DNA of 63,240 nt, the filler included, from Octopus bimaculoides (lineage: Eukaryota), in NCBI RefSeq assembly GCF_001194135.2. It is 4 parts of 4 records of this genome, joined end to end, with 100 filler letters (N's around TTAATTAATTAA, not from the genome) between each part and the next. Parts side by side here need not be neighbours in the genome. Positions count along the whole stretch, not along the records: positions 1 to 27,283 come from NC_068994.1; 3 more parts are not named here. The stretch is one strand, 5' to 3'. Shown in pieces: positions 1-11,468 of the stretch. Under the pieces are notes generated by a model. The model worked only from the letters and a program-made list of their open reading frames with translations. It did no database searches and had not been told where the DNA came from. Numbering within the stretch: position 1 is the first letter of the stretch; the number at the start of each line of letters is the position of its first letter. Position numbers and translations under genes: made by a program.

Positions 1-1284
1 AGTAGAGAGGGCTCTTAATTGTAGATTTTAAATATTTGAGAGACAACAATGCATAAATCGTAATTTTTTAAAAGAGCAATGAATTCTGGGTGATTAGAAT
101 ATAACGTAGCATGAATTTAGGAAGCTTCTGGGTGATTAGAATATAACGTAGCGCAGTAAAACTCCAGATCTCCAATGAATTAAAGCTTTTTCATTGTCAG
201 ATAAAGGACTGCATTTTAAAAATCTCTGTTTTCTTGAATAAGTGATTTTGTGACATCCATCTTCCAATTGACTTTCAAGGTTACACCTCAGAACTGAACT
301 TCTAAAATGATGCATTAAAAATTCATAACTCTGAAAGGAAGCTCAGCAACAAAACCAAATTTCTGTCACATCACCATCAGAAGTATAAGAATGCATGGTA
401 AACATTTGAAAATGATAGTGAGCTGCCCACATGGTCAACTAAGGGCATTAAAATGGGCATCTTTTTAGAAATTTTGAAATCGTACATATTTCAAAAAATT
501 ATTCTGACACTCCCATAATAGTAACTAACATGGTTACTGCTCAGAAATGGTCTACTATATGCTAAGTAACAAGAAAACAATTGTGGTTGCTTTATCTAGT
601 GTACCTAATGAGATAAAAATACCTAAAAGAAGCATACATTTACTGTACATTTAATTCTTGGCAATTTTCAGAGGCCTGTAGATGGAAAACTATACAAGAT
701 ACACTTGATTTGATAAGATATTTGAACTCTACAGAAAAAGATAACCCCAAACACGATTTCAAAGTTGTGCTTACCTAAATTAGAGTAGAAATGGCTGTCT
801 CAAGTTGGTCCGAGAGGCTCATTAGGAAAAAATGTATAATTAATTAATGTTTTAAAGGCCTACAATTTCAAAACTATCCAAGATATTGACCTAATACTTG
901 ATATTTTTCCATCATATAGGTACAAGAGCTAATGTGAATTTTTTCAGGGGGGATCTGAGGGGGTGACCTGGGAAATTTTTTTGAAACTGGATGATTTGAT
1001 ATGGAATAACCCTCGATAAGTCGTTAAAAAAATCAATCTACACTTCAATAGCTGAAAATTTCACAGTATTTACAATTGTTAGGCAGAAATGGCTTTATCT
1101 TGTATTATCTTGAAGCTTTTGATGTTATTATTTTCAGAATGGTATCTCAGGGTAGGTGTGAGAGGCCTGATTTGGCCATATTGAAAATAAAACAAAATAT
1201 TTGGGTTGCATACAGATAATTTAAATACTAAAAGGTTAGAAGCAAACATTGTTTCAAATTTTTTTTTGGTTATTTAATTGATAG

Positions 1285-1394
1285 GACCCAGACACAAACA
1301 CTTTGTAGAAATGAATTTAATGTGACAGGAGTGTGTGGTAGGAATGCCTGTCCCTTAGCCAATAGCCAATATGCTACAGTCAGGGAAGAGAAAG
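1285..1394 (+). CDS. MAK16: Internal coding exon of MAK16 (60S ribosome biogenesis protein), N-terminal conserved region
   Basis: Acceptor gatag|, donor AAAG|gtaagt. 110 nt (1+36 codons+1) translating to [36 protein letters not shown](G), matching the MAK16 motif [31 protein letters not shown]. Confidence 0.93.
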
Positions 1395-2859
1395 GTAAGT
1401 ACTTGCATTGAAAGTAATTTCTGTTGTACATGTTGTTATTGTTGTGGCGTCAGCAAGATGTTGAACCACTTGTAACTTTTCAAGAATGCATGTTCAAAAT
1501 ATATTGCTCTGTGTCGTGTTTCCAATGATTCTGAGGAGCTTTTTACCTCCATTGTATTTTTGCCCTTTGGGGTGAGATTGGTGATCGTTTTTGTGAAATT
1601 TACTCATTTCCTTAAAAAATTTAAATGAAGTACGGCATAGTATATTTTGGTTAAAAGTTTGTGGGGTCAGATTGCAAACTAGAAGAGCTGTGTTTATACC
1701 ACCACTAGTGCTGAATGAAACAATAGTAACAACAGTAAAACAGAAAAGCAAAATGTTGCCTCAACACACCTGCAATTTCCAGCAACAACTATCAACTCCA
1801 ACATTACCATTAGAATCAACACTAATAAAAAAAAGCTTTTTGTTTCACAAATCAACTGTTAATGAGTTTTCAAACACTGTATAACAGAATTATTTTATTT
1901 GTCTTGGATTTTTACAAATGTTAACATCCTCCTTACTAGGTCTGACTGAAACATAACATTAAGTATACCAGAATCCGTATGGCAAATAATCTTTCATAAA
2001 ACTATCATGGAAAGCTGGAAAATAGAGCAAGGGGTACATCAAAAACTAGAAAAGTGCCTTAAGCTAATCTTAGATACCAGAATGTATGTTGCTTTGGGAA
2101 GAAAGTATGACACGGTAGGAGTAGGGGTGAGATTTCCTATAACACGTGGCACTCTATAGTAATTCTAAAGAGTGATAATGTGGTCCTCATACCAATCTAT
2201 CTTGGCTGAAGATTAGTGAGAATGAAAGTGGTTCATGTGCTCCTTGAAGTATATATCTACTGATTGGTTGGTGGCTGTTCTCTTCAATGTAGTAGTAATA
2301 ATATGGGGACATTCACTGTAACATCACCTCACTGCATTCATCATAGAGGACAAAAAATATATTGCAGGTCTAGAGGCTACTGAAAAAAAAAATTGAACAG
2401 GCCAAGGGATGGAATTATGGAGCTAAATTGATCAACAAAGTTTGGAAGTCACCCTGGACACAACATCTCAAGGGTTTCTGTTCACAGTGAAGGAAGCTCC
2501 TCACTGACCCCTCTTCAGATGAAACCATTGCAACAACACCACCAACAATAAAGTCAGTAGCAACAACTGCATGTGACCATGACAGCAACTGCAACAATCT
2601 TCCATATGGATGTGGGTTGGACAGCAACAGTATCAACAACAGCAGCAGTTCCAACAAACACAGTAAAAGAAACATTGTTTCTGTACCCACTAAACAGCAC
2701 AGCAACAGAACAAAAGACAGTGACTTCCAAACATGTTCCTTCTCATTTGGGGCCACTCATAAATTATTAGGCAAAGGTAAATGGGGAAGAAAGCAAATAG
2801 CAAAGAATAATAAACAAGAAAGTATAAGGATAAAAACCCTGCTAACATAAAAAGCTGGG

Positions 2860-4030
2860 AGGTTTAAATGGATGAAATTATACAATCATTTTTCCTCGTT
2901 TAGACTTAAACATAAGGCCAATAGCACATCATTATCTAATAAAATTTGGGAATTGAAGGAGAATGGTATCGATTTTAACCTTAAATGGGAAATCATCAGG
3001 AGGGCACAACCCTATAGAAATAGTAGATACGGCTGTGGACTGTGCTCTATGGAAATTTATGAAATTTTAAAACTTAAGGATAATCCTAATCTAATTAACA
3101 ATAGATCTGACCTTAGGGTTCTATGTGTACATTGTTACTCTCGCACCTTTAAATATTTTAAAAAGTAAATCTTGCTAATAATATATTATTTTAATTCTTT
3201 TTGTTTCCCAAACTATTAAGTACTTTATTTAAGTTATAGCTTTAAAGTATAATTTTGGAATACATTTTAACCTTTCCCAACCCACTGATAATATTCCTAC
3301 AGTTTAGTCCTGATTTTCTACCCCCTCCCCCCCTTCACTTTGATTTGTTTTGGCCATTGATATCTTCTCTTATGGTTTTTCTTATAAATAATATCTCTCT
3401 TCTACTACCCCACATAAATGTATATCTTATTTTAACTATAAATGTTTGTCTTATTTTAACTATTAATGTTCTCTATGGTTTTAAATTTAGTACTTTAGTT
3501 TGTTATATTATTCTAAATATACAGACGAATAAATATATTCTTAATAATTCTCCAATATCTTGACCTAAATTCCCTTACCTTAAATTTCCTCTAGCCACTC
3601 CTTAGGGTATTGTCCTTCCATTTTCATTTTTATTTCTATATATATATATAATTTTTTTCTTTTTTCTTCTCTCTTTTTTCTCTTGCTTGATTCACCCCTA
3701 ACCTGCTGTCCCTTACTACCTAATCTACCTTCCTCTAAATTGAAATTACTGCTATTTTACCCCTCCTTCTAGAAAGAAGAACAGCTAGAATAAATAGAAA
3801 TTAAATTCCTGTTTGACAGCCCAGTCAAGATGGTATTTTTTTCATCTCCTACTCTTGTATTTGCGCACATTTACAAAATGACTTTCTAAAATGAACTTCC
3901 ATTATGTAGCTGAGGAGTACATTTTCATTGCACATCTTATGTGGTGTTCTCACTACATAAATAAATGAAGTTTGTACGAAACGTACGTACTGCTATAACC
4001 TAATACATTTTTGTTGCTTTTCTTCAAATT
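2860..4030 (+). mobile_element. Penelope-like element copy 1: GIY-YIG endonuclease C-terminus, 3' UTR and pseudo-LTR
   Basis: ORF 2872-3168 (YNHFSSF...TSLSNKIWELK...WEII...PY...CGLCSME...LINNRSDL...CVH) has the PLE endonuclease H/CxxC/CxH pattern. It is followed by a pyrimidine-rich UTR and a hammerhead, and ends in (TA)n. Confidence 0.85.
3901..3996 (+). ncRNA. Minimal type-I hammerhead ribozyme (PLE-associated)
   Basis: CTGAGGA 3910-3916. Stem II is closed by gtac/gtac (3917-20 with 3974-77). GAAA 3978-81, palindromic stem III ACGTACGT, cleavage triplet GTA ending at 3989. Stem I gtag/ctgc is short. Confidence 0.8.
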
Positions 4031-4079
4031 ATGTATATATATATATATATTAATATTATCTCGGTTGAAAAAACTTTGA

Positions 4080-6027
4080 TAATGTAAATATGTTAATAGT
4101 TATCAGGGTAGCAAAAATCACACAAAAACTGGGATATCATACCCGGTTAATAGGTAGAAATACCATGTTAAAGTGATGTATTTTGAGTAGATATGAATCA
4201 TAATAATAAATGGAGCAAAACGCGTATAATCAATAAGTTCCTTTAATTCCTACATATGTTTCAAAATATATGTGCACTCTACTCCAAAGAAGTAAGAGGT
4301 GCTGGAATTGCACATAAATTCATCGTCAGGGAACCAACATACAAAAAAGCAAGACATACGCTAAATGCTAAGGTTGCTTATGAGTTATAACATTATATAG
4401 CTAAGTAAATGACCGTTAGAAACAAGAACGTTGGTTTACAGGGAGCTATTAAGGGAGAGAGGCTATGAACGCAAGGCATAATGGACCGCAGTAAAATCCA
4501 AAAATCTAAAGTTTAAAAAAATGGAAAACAATGGCAAACTAAAAACCAGAAAAGGAGGAAGGGAGAGAATCCAATGAATTCATTATATATTACTCCTTAT
4601 GTAAACAAACTTATATACTGAGGTAAAACTAAGCAAAGATTGTAAATATAATTAATTAAACATCCATAGCATTGTATCATATTAAGATATGGATATCAAC
4701 CTAAATAAATGGTAATACAAGGTACAAAACTATCATGTGATGAAATAATAATAATAAACATGCTTACGAGAACAAGAGCGAAATTATGAAAGTAAAGTTA
4801 CGAGTATGCTTCAAACTCAACGAATGTAGCTTTACTGGGAAAGACTTGCTGAACCAACTATGGAAGGGAATGAGTAAAAACAACTGGCGTTGGAGTCAGA
4901 TAATTATTATTTAAGATAATATTTTAATGATATTATTCCTGTTATTGTTCCTATTATTGTTATAAAAAAAAAAAAAAATTAAATATTATCATTATTACTA
5001 TTATTGTTATTGTCTAAAGTTAAAGGTAAATACTAAGCTGGGTGATTGTACATACCACTTGTAAGGCGGTCGTCCACTAGAGAGAATGTCATTAGGTGAA
5101 AAAATAATAATAATAATAACTAAAATTAGTAAGAAGGTGTGTTTCCTCCATTGCTAGCATCTGTATGCTCTCTGTGTTATCTGGTTTACTAGATAATTCT
5201 TGGAGAACAGAATGTGGTAATGCTCCAAGTTACAAAGAGGACAAAAATCCTTGCCCTTGTTGTAGGGTATTGAGGTAGCCAGTATTGACCATTCCAAAGA
5301 GAATTGTTTATTGCAATCCTTAAGTTTCCAGATTAATTTACTAATCCCAGTACTATTAATTTTATTCCTATCCCTAAAGGAAGAATAATGGTTGGAAATT
5401 CTCCTGGAGACCTGCGTCGAGGAGGTACCTACATAATGCGAGACGTCTGTGTTTGTCATTACCTTACATTGATGAACCACATTTTTGGTCCTGGCATTCG
5501 CACTTAAAAACTTAATTCTATTACAATTAGATTCCGAGATATTAATCTTATTGTTGTTACAGTGATTGTTATATTTACTAATGTTGCACTTATTACCTAT
5601 GTTTTTACCTAAAAAACTATTGCCACCATATGAGTGTGTTAAATTACTGGAGTAATTATTATTATTATTGTTATAAGCATTACTATTATTATCATCATAA
5701 TTTAGATGGCTGACTAGAGATGAATCTAAAAGCCTAAAATTATGGGAAGATATTATCTGTAACAAATTTTTAGTATTGGAAAACCCAAATCTAACCTTAT
5801 GTGTGTTGATTATTGGCTAATTGTGAGAATCCCTAGGAAAGTTCCTATTCATCGTGTCTCGGAACTGCCAGATCAAATTGGATTTAACTTGTTTTCCGAA
5901 TGGGAGGATGAACCAGATATTTTCATCAGATCTAGTTACAGTGTTAGTATAGTTGAATAAATTAAGTTTTTTGTTTTTATTAAGGCGTTTAGATCCAGTT
6001 AGGCCTCCTCCCTTATGAGAATGATTA
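4080..6027 (-). mobile_element. Penelope-like element copy 2: post-RT region, linker, GIY-YIG endonuclease, 3' UTR/pseudo-LTR
   Basis: Minus-strand NIWFILPFGKQVKSNL..., one internal stop at 5817, then RFGFSNTKNL..IISSHN, an Asn-rich linker, VVHQCKV..HYVGTS..RISNHYSSF..TGISKLIWKLK..CPLCNLEHYHILFSK. The upstream part is lost in gap 6028-6698. Confidence 0.88.
4243..4337 (-). ncRNA. Minimal type-I hammerhead ribozyme of PLE copy 2
   Basis: Minus strand reads ttggttcc-CTGACGA-long stem II (tttatgtgca/tgcacatata)-GAAA-C-ATAT-GTA-ggaattaa. Stem I has 8 bp with two G-U pairs. The first stem II pair is a U-U mismatch. Confidence 0.78.
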
Positions 6028-6698
6028 NNNNNNNNNNNNNNNNNNNNNNNNNNNNNNNNNNNNNNNNNNNNNNNNNNNNNNNNNNNNNNNNNNNNNNNNN
6101 NNNNNNNNNNNNNNNNNNNNNNNNNNNNNNNNNNNNNNNNNNNNNNNNNNNNNNNNNNNNNNNNNNNNNNNNNNNNNNNNNNNNNNNNNNNNNNNNNNNN
6201 NNNNNNNNNNNNNNNNNNNNNNNNNNNNNNNNNNNNNNNNNNNNNNNNNNNNNNNNNNNNNNNNNNNNNNNNNNNNNNNNNNNNNNNNNNNNNNNNNNNN
6301 NNNNNNNNNNNNNNNNNNNNNNNNNNNNNNNNNNNNNNNNNNNNNNNNNNNNNNNNNNNNNNNNNNNNNNNNNNNNNNNNNNNNNNNNNNNNNNNNNNNN
6401 NNNNNNNNNNNNNNNNNNNNNNNNNNNNNNNNNNNNNNNNNNNNNNNNNNNNNNNNNNNNNNNNNNNNNNNNNNNNNNNNNNNNNNNNNNNNNNNNNNNN
6501 NNNNNNNNNNNNNNNNNNNNNNNNNNNNNNNNNNNNNNNNNNNNNNNNNNNNNNNNNNNNNNNNNNNNNNNNNNNNNNNNNNNNNNNNNNNNNNNNNNNN
6601 NNNNNNNNNNNNNNNNNNNNNNNNNNNNNNNNNNNNNNNNNNNNNNNNNNNNNNNNNNNNNNNNNNNNNNNNNNNNNNNNNNNNNNNNNNNNNNNNNN

Positions 6699-7386
6699 CA
6701 TTTATGAAGACGATATTTCTGTAGCTAATTTTTTAGATGTAACATTAGATATTAAAAATGAGACATATAGACCATATCATAAACCTTTAACTAACCTAAA
6801 GTATATAAATAAATCGAGTAACCATCCTAGAGCTATTATTGATAATTTAATTAAAAATATTTCATTAAGACTCTCCAGATTATCTGCTAATAATAGGGTT
6901 TTTAATAATGAAGCTCAATTCTATAATTCGGCATTAAATAAGGCAGGTTACAAAGAGAAGGTTTACTATATTGAAACTGATAGCAACAACGTTAAGACAG
7001 ATAACAATAATAGCAATAAGAATAAACTCAATGGAAATAAGGAAAATAAACCCAAGAATTTCCATAAACGTAACATAGAGGTAATTTAAAATTTTTTAAG
7101 AATGATATTGGTAATTCTGATAATACTAAAGATGATAATGTTTGGTTCATAATCCCGTTTGGGAGGAATATTAAAAGTAACTTGATTGCAAAATTTAGAG
7201 AGGTGATAAGCAGACGTTTCCCAAAGAATTCACACTATGGTAAAATTATTAATGCACATATCATTAGATTTGGGTTTTCAAACACTATGAATTTAGCACA
7301 AATAATTGCAGCCCATAATTTTAAAATACTAAAATCTAAAGAAATAGGGGTGGATAGGGATATGAACCCTGATATAAATGATAATG

Positions 7387-7434
<48 letters not shown>

Positions 7435-8663
7435 GCGGTATTAATAATAGTAATAATCTGAATTTGATTACAGTAACAGAGGTCAACCCTAGAAGATTGA
7501 AATTTGAAGGCCCTAATGCGAGAGTTAGAAATGTAGTTTATCAATGTAAGGTAAGGACTCAGACAGATGTTAGGCGATACCTGGGGTGTACTTCGGGACA
7601 AATCTGTTAAAGAATATCTAATCATTATAGTACCTTTAGAGATAGAAGGAAAATAGCAAGCACTAGCCTTAGTGAATTCATCTGGGAACTCAAAGAACAA
7701 AAAAAGCAATATTTGTTAGAATGGTCGGTTATTGCGAGGTCATTCCCGTACGATAAGGGTAGGAAATACTGTTTGCTATGTACCTTAGAACTTTATTACA
7801 TATTATTCTCTAAGGGTAAGTTGATAAATAAACTAACAAATAATGCTCTAAAATGTACACATTTTTTAAGACACACTTTTCGCTGGTTTAAATAAAATTG
7901 CAATATGACAGGGTATTATAGTACATTATACCGTAGTAGTTAGTCTATAGACAGGTCATACTAATATAATTTACCAATAGCAGCAGGGATTTTGTAAAAG
8001 CCTCTACAGATAATATAGTATAGATTCCCATGGTAGTTGAAGATTAGCTATAATTTATAGTAAATTACAATATAAGTTTAGGTCTTAGGCCACATTAGTA
8101 TATAATTTACCAATAGCAGTTGTGGTCTTTACTAAAACTTCTAGTGACAATTGAGGATTGAGTTCCATTGTAATAGAGAATTGACTATAATCTATAGTAC
8201 ATTGTAGTAACCATTCTAGAGGTATTATTGATAATTTAGTTTAAAATATTTCATTAAGACTCTCCAGATTATCTGCTAATAATAGGATTTTTAATAATGG
8301 AGCTCAATTCTACATTTCGGCATTAAATTGGGCAGTTTACAAAGAGAGAAGGTTTACTATATTGAAACTGATTGTAGTATAATAATAATGATAATAATAA
8401 TAATAATATAATATTAGATATTAAGGCAGGCCGTATTAAAATATTAAAGTTACAAGTAGCAGCTGTGGTTTTGTCATTAACTTCTAGGCACAATTTAGTA
8501 TGGATTCCATTATAATGGAGAGTTATTTATAACAATATGGTGTGATATTGGATCTTAAGGTAGGCTATATAAATGTATAATTTGACAATAGCAATTGTGG
8601 GTTTTGCATGATATCCTAGAGGTAGGATAACACACTATAGATCTCCATTCTAATGGAAAATTG
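6699..8663 (+). mobile_element. Penelope-like element copy 3: RT thumb, linker, GIY-YIG endonuclease, repetitive 3' region
   Basis: VANFLDVTLDIKNETYRPYHKP..YINKSSNHP..IIDNLIKNISLRLSRLS; NVWFIIPFG; a poly-Asn linker from (AAT)n; VVYQCKV..RYLGCT; RISNHYSTF..TSLSEFIWELK..CLLCTLELYYILFSK..CTH. Contains stops and frameshifts. Confidence 0.9.
7965..8663 (+). repeat. Degenerate ~131-136 bp tandem repeat (about 4 units), interrupted by a copy of PLE coding sequence
   Basis: Unit starts resembling tataatttaccaatagcag occur at 7965, 8101, ~8445 and 8576. Positions 8210-8372 duplicate 6821-6981. Confidence 0.7.
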
Positions 8664-8763
8664 NNNNNNNNNNNNNNNNNNNNNNNNNNNNNNNNNNNNN
8701 NNNNNNNNNNNNNNNNNNNNNNNNNNNNNNNNNNNNNNNNNNNNNNNNNNNNNNNNNNNNNNN

Positions 8764-8950
8764 GTTTGTCCCCCCAACATTGCTTGACAACTAATGCTGG
8801 TGTGTTTACGTCCCCATAACTTAGCAGTTCGGCAAAATATAAATGATAGAATAAGTACTAGGCTTAGAAAGAATAAGTCCTGGAGTAGATTTTGCTCAAC
8901 TAAAGGCAGTACTCCAGCATGGCCACAGTCAAATGGCAGAAACAAATCAA
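8764..8950 (+). mobile_element. tRNA-derived SINE family A, 3' half
   Basis: Contains cttgacaac..gtgtgtttacgtccccataacttagc..gatagaataagtactaggctt..ctccagcatggccacagtcaaatg, shared with about ten other copies in the window. Confidence 0.8.
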
Positions 8951-9054
8951 ATATGTACATATGTGCGTGTGAATATATATATATATATATTGTATATATA
9001 GATGTATATGTATATATATGTGTGTGCATATATATATATAAGTATATATACCTA

Positions 9055-9330
9055 TCATCATCATCGTCGTTGACATGGGTTGGATGGTTTGACTAAGGGC
9101 TGGCAAGTCAGAAGATTGCACCAGGCTGCAATCTGATCTGGCAAAGTTTCTACAGCTGGATGCCTTTCCTAATGCCAACCACTCCAAGAGTGTAGTAGGT
9201 GCTATTTACATGCCATCGGCACAAGGGCCAGTCTGGTGGTACTGGCATCGACCACGCTTGAATGGTGCTTTTTACATGCCTCTGGCATGGGAGCCAGTCA
9301 GGCAGCACTGGCAGCAACCACACTCAAAAG
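9055..9330 (-). mobile_element. RTE-type 3' UTR / derived SINE tail with (GAT)n end
   Basis: Reverse complement of gttaggaagggcatccagctgtagaaac...ccaacccatg...(gat)n. Confidence 0.75.
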
Positions 9331-9670
9331 ACATCAGAACTGGAAGTAATTTTACATTGATAAATAGAATTTTTAATCTTAGAATTACTAAGAAAACAAA
9401 TGTGATTGGAGTTGATTTCAGAAACAATAACCCTTGCCATCATTTTTAAATAGGTAGTTCTTCATCTCAGTTGTCCAAAAGAATATCTAATCATTACTCT
9501 ACATTTAGGCATATCAATAAACGTAACAATACAGGGCTTAGTAAATTAATCTGGTATCTAAAAGATCATAATAAACGATTTAATTTGGAATGGAATATTC
9601 TATTTCTTTACCATATGATAAAGGGAAGCATTTCTGCTCGCTTTGTAATAGTACAATATTTTATATCCTA

Positions 9671-11004
9671 CTAGCAGTATAGCCCGGCGCTGCTCGGGAT
9701 TAAGCTAGGATTATTAAGTGATCAAGTGCTTTATTTCAAACCAAAATAAGTAACATGGACATCAGATTTGAGCGAAATCCGTTGAAATTGGTTTGGCTGA
9801 AAATGGTTTGCTGGCAATTTGATTGGGAAATCCCATAAGGAATCAGTTTATTGGTTATTTCCACTCATTGACTGCTTTTTTTTTAAAGTTGCATTAGAGA
9901 TCTGCATAGGAAAAGGTTGATCTGAAGGTTTGCATTGGGGATGTGAATTGGAGTAACTTAGGAAAACTTACCAACAGCCTTAACCAAAAAATAAGGGGCC
10001 TGTCCCTTCTAGGTTAACTCTAATCCTAAACCCTAATCCTAACCCTAAAACCGTAACCCTAATACCAACCCTAATCCTAACCCTAACACTAACCTTAACC
10101 CTAATCCTAACCCTAAAACCCTAACCGTAACACCCTAGTGGAAATCGTTCGGGTGTTAATCTGAAAAATTACCAAGCCCTTTTTGTGGTCAGAAAAACGG
10201 GTGGGGAGGGGAAGGATTGACAAATTGTTACATTTTTGTTTCATAGTTGTTGTGAAATATAAACAAAACTATTTCGCTCCCAAAGTAGTATATGTGCATG
10301 TGTGTGAGAGTTAGAGAAAGATGAACGATTTAAAACAAATAAATGATTTAAAATAAATATATTTGAATTGTTGTGTGAGAAAGTATATATAATCTCATTA
10401 TAGAATACAGTGTCTTTCAAAAACATCGTATATTTTAAACTATATCTCATGTTTAAGAAAAGAAAAAAGCCTTTTACATTTTACACTTATTCTGACTTAG
10501 CTACATTTTCATTCCTAATACGCATTCTGCCTCCCTTTCCACTTTTTCGTTCTTTTGTTTTTTTTTGTTAGACGCTAGCAAAGTAAACTCTGTCTTGCTT
10601 AGAAAAATTTGCTTTGATTTCTGTCTGCCTTACCCACGTTTTTCATATTTTTTTTGGACGCTAGCAAACACTGTATCTCCCCCACCCCTGTCACAAACAC
10701 ACTATTCCTTTCTTTCTTTCTCTCTCTCTCTGTCTGTCTGTCTCTCTGTCTCTCTCTCTTTCTTTCACGCGCGTACGCACAGATTTGACTTCGCCATGTC
10801 AACAAACTTCAAAATTGGTAAAAGCTTATCGATTTTTACAGGTATACGCGGGTACCTCTGAGAGAGAAAGTTCACTAAAATGCACATAGGGTCATTCCGA
10901 ATCTTCTTCTAAAATTGGAGCGACATGCGTGCTAATTTGTGGACGTGCATAAACCACATTCACGTACACACACACATAAACATCCTCTCTTTTATAGATA
11001 TTGA
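9671..11004 (-). mobile_element. Non-autonomous Helitron
   Basis: On the minus strand the 5' end is TC (TCAATATCTATAAAAG) and the 3' end is CTAG (9671-74), preceded by the hairpin cccgagcagcgccggg (9683-98). Inserted between A and T with no target duplication. Homologous to 41108-42466. Confidence 0.88.
10015..10140. repeat. Degenerate telomere-like (CCCTAA/CCTAAT)n tract inside the Helitron
   Basis: About nine CCC tracts in aaccct/aatcct/aaccgt variants. Confidence 0.85.
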
Positions 11005-11365
11005 TTCTCAAAGACACCCCTTGTAAATATGTTTATAGAACGTGTTTATCATTGCAAACATAGGCAGAAACATAACTTTAGTTCCTATAAGTGATTTCTA
11101 CCATTCTATATAATTTGACCTTTGATTGTCTTCTTACATTTCACTTCCACTAAATATATGTAATTCCACGCTTTTAAGATTTATTCTAATTCACCCATCG
11201 CTCTATATTTCTCCACTATTAGTTTTCTGCTAATTTCTTTCCTTCTCCTCCTCTTTCTATGTTACCTTTGATGTTATATCTACTAACGTTTTTCTTTTAA
11301 AAAAAAACTTAATCATTATACGCAGCCATCACATTCTGTTAAAATGTCTTATTGATGTATTTGGT

Positions 11366-11468
11366 TTCTTTCTTTCCCTGATGAGAAGATTGCATTGTTT
11401 TACACCAATTTATTCCTTCTGGAATAATACCAATGTTGTCTTTGAAACATATGTCGGAAGTAAAAGAA
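11366..11468 (+). ncRNA. Minimal type-I hammerhead ribozyme of PLE copy 4
   Basis: ttctttctttcc-CTGATGA (11378-84)-gaagattgcattg...caatgttgtcttt-GAAA (11444-47)-C-ATAT-GTC (cleavage after 11455)-ggaagtaaaagaa. Confidence 0.85.

Noticed and set aside
84-152. 27-bp direct repeat with a 42-bp period
   Set aside because: An isolated local duplication with no associated structure.
1494-1884. Overlapping 70-85 aa ORFs next to the MAK16 exon
   Set aside because: No motif and no consistent splice signals; within chance expectation.
10015-10140. CCCTAA arrays as a chromosome end or fusion site
   Set aside because: Short, degenerate and internal to Helitrons.
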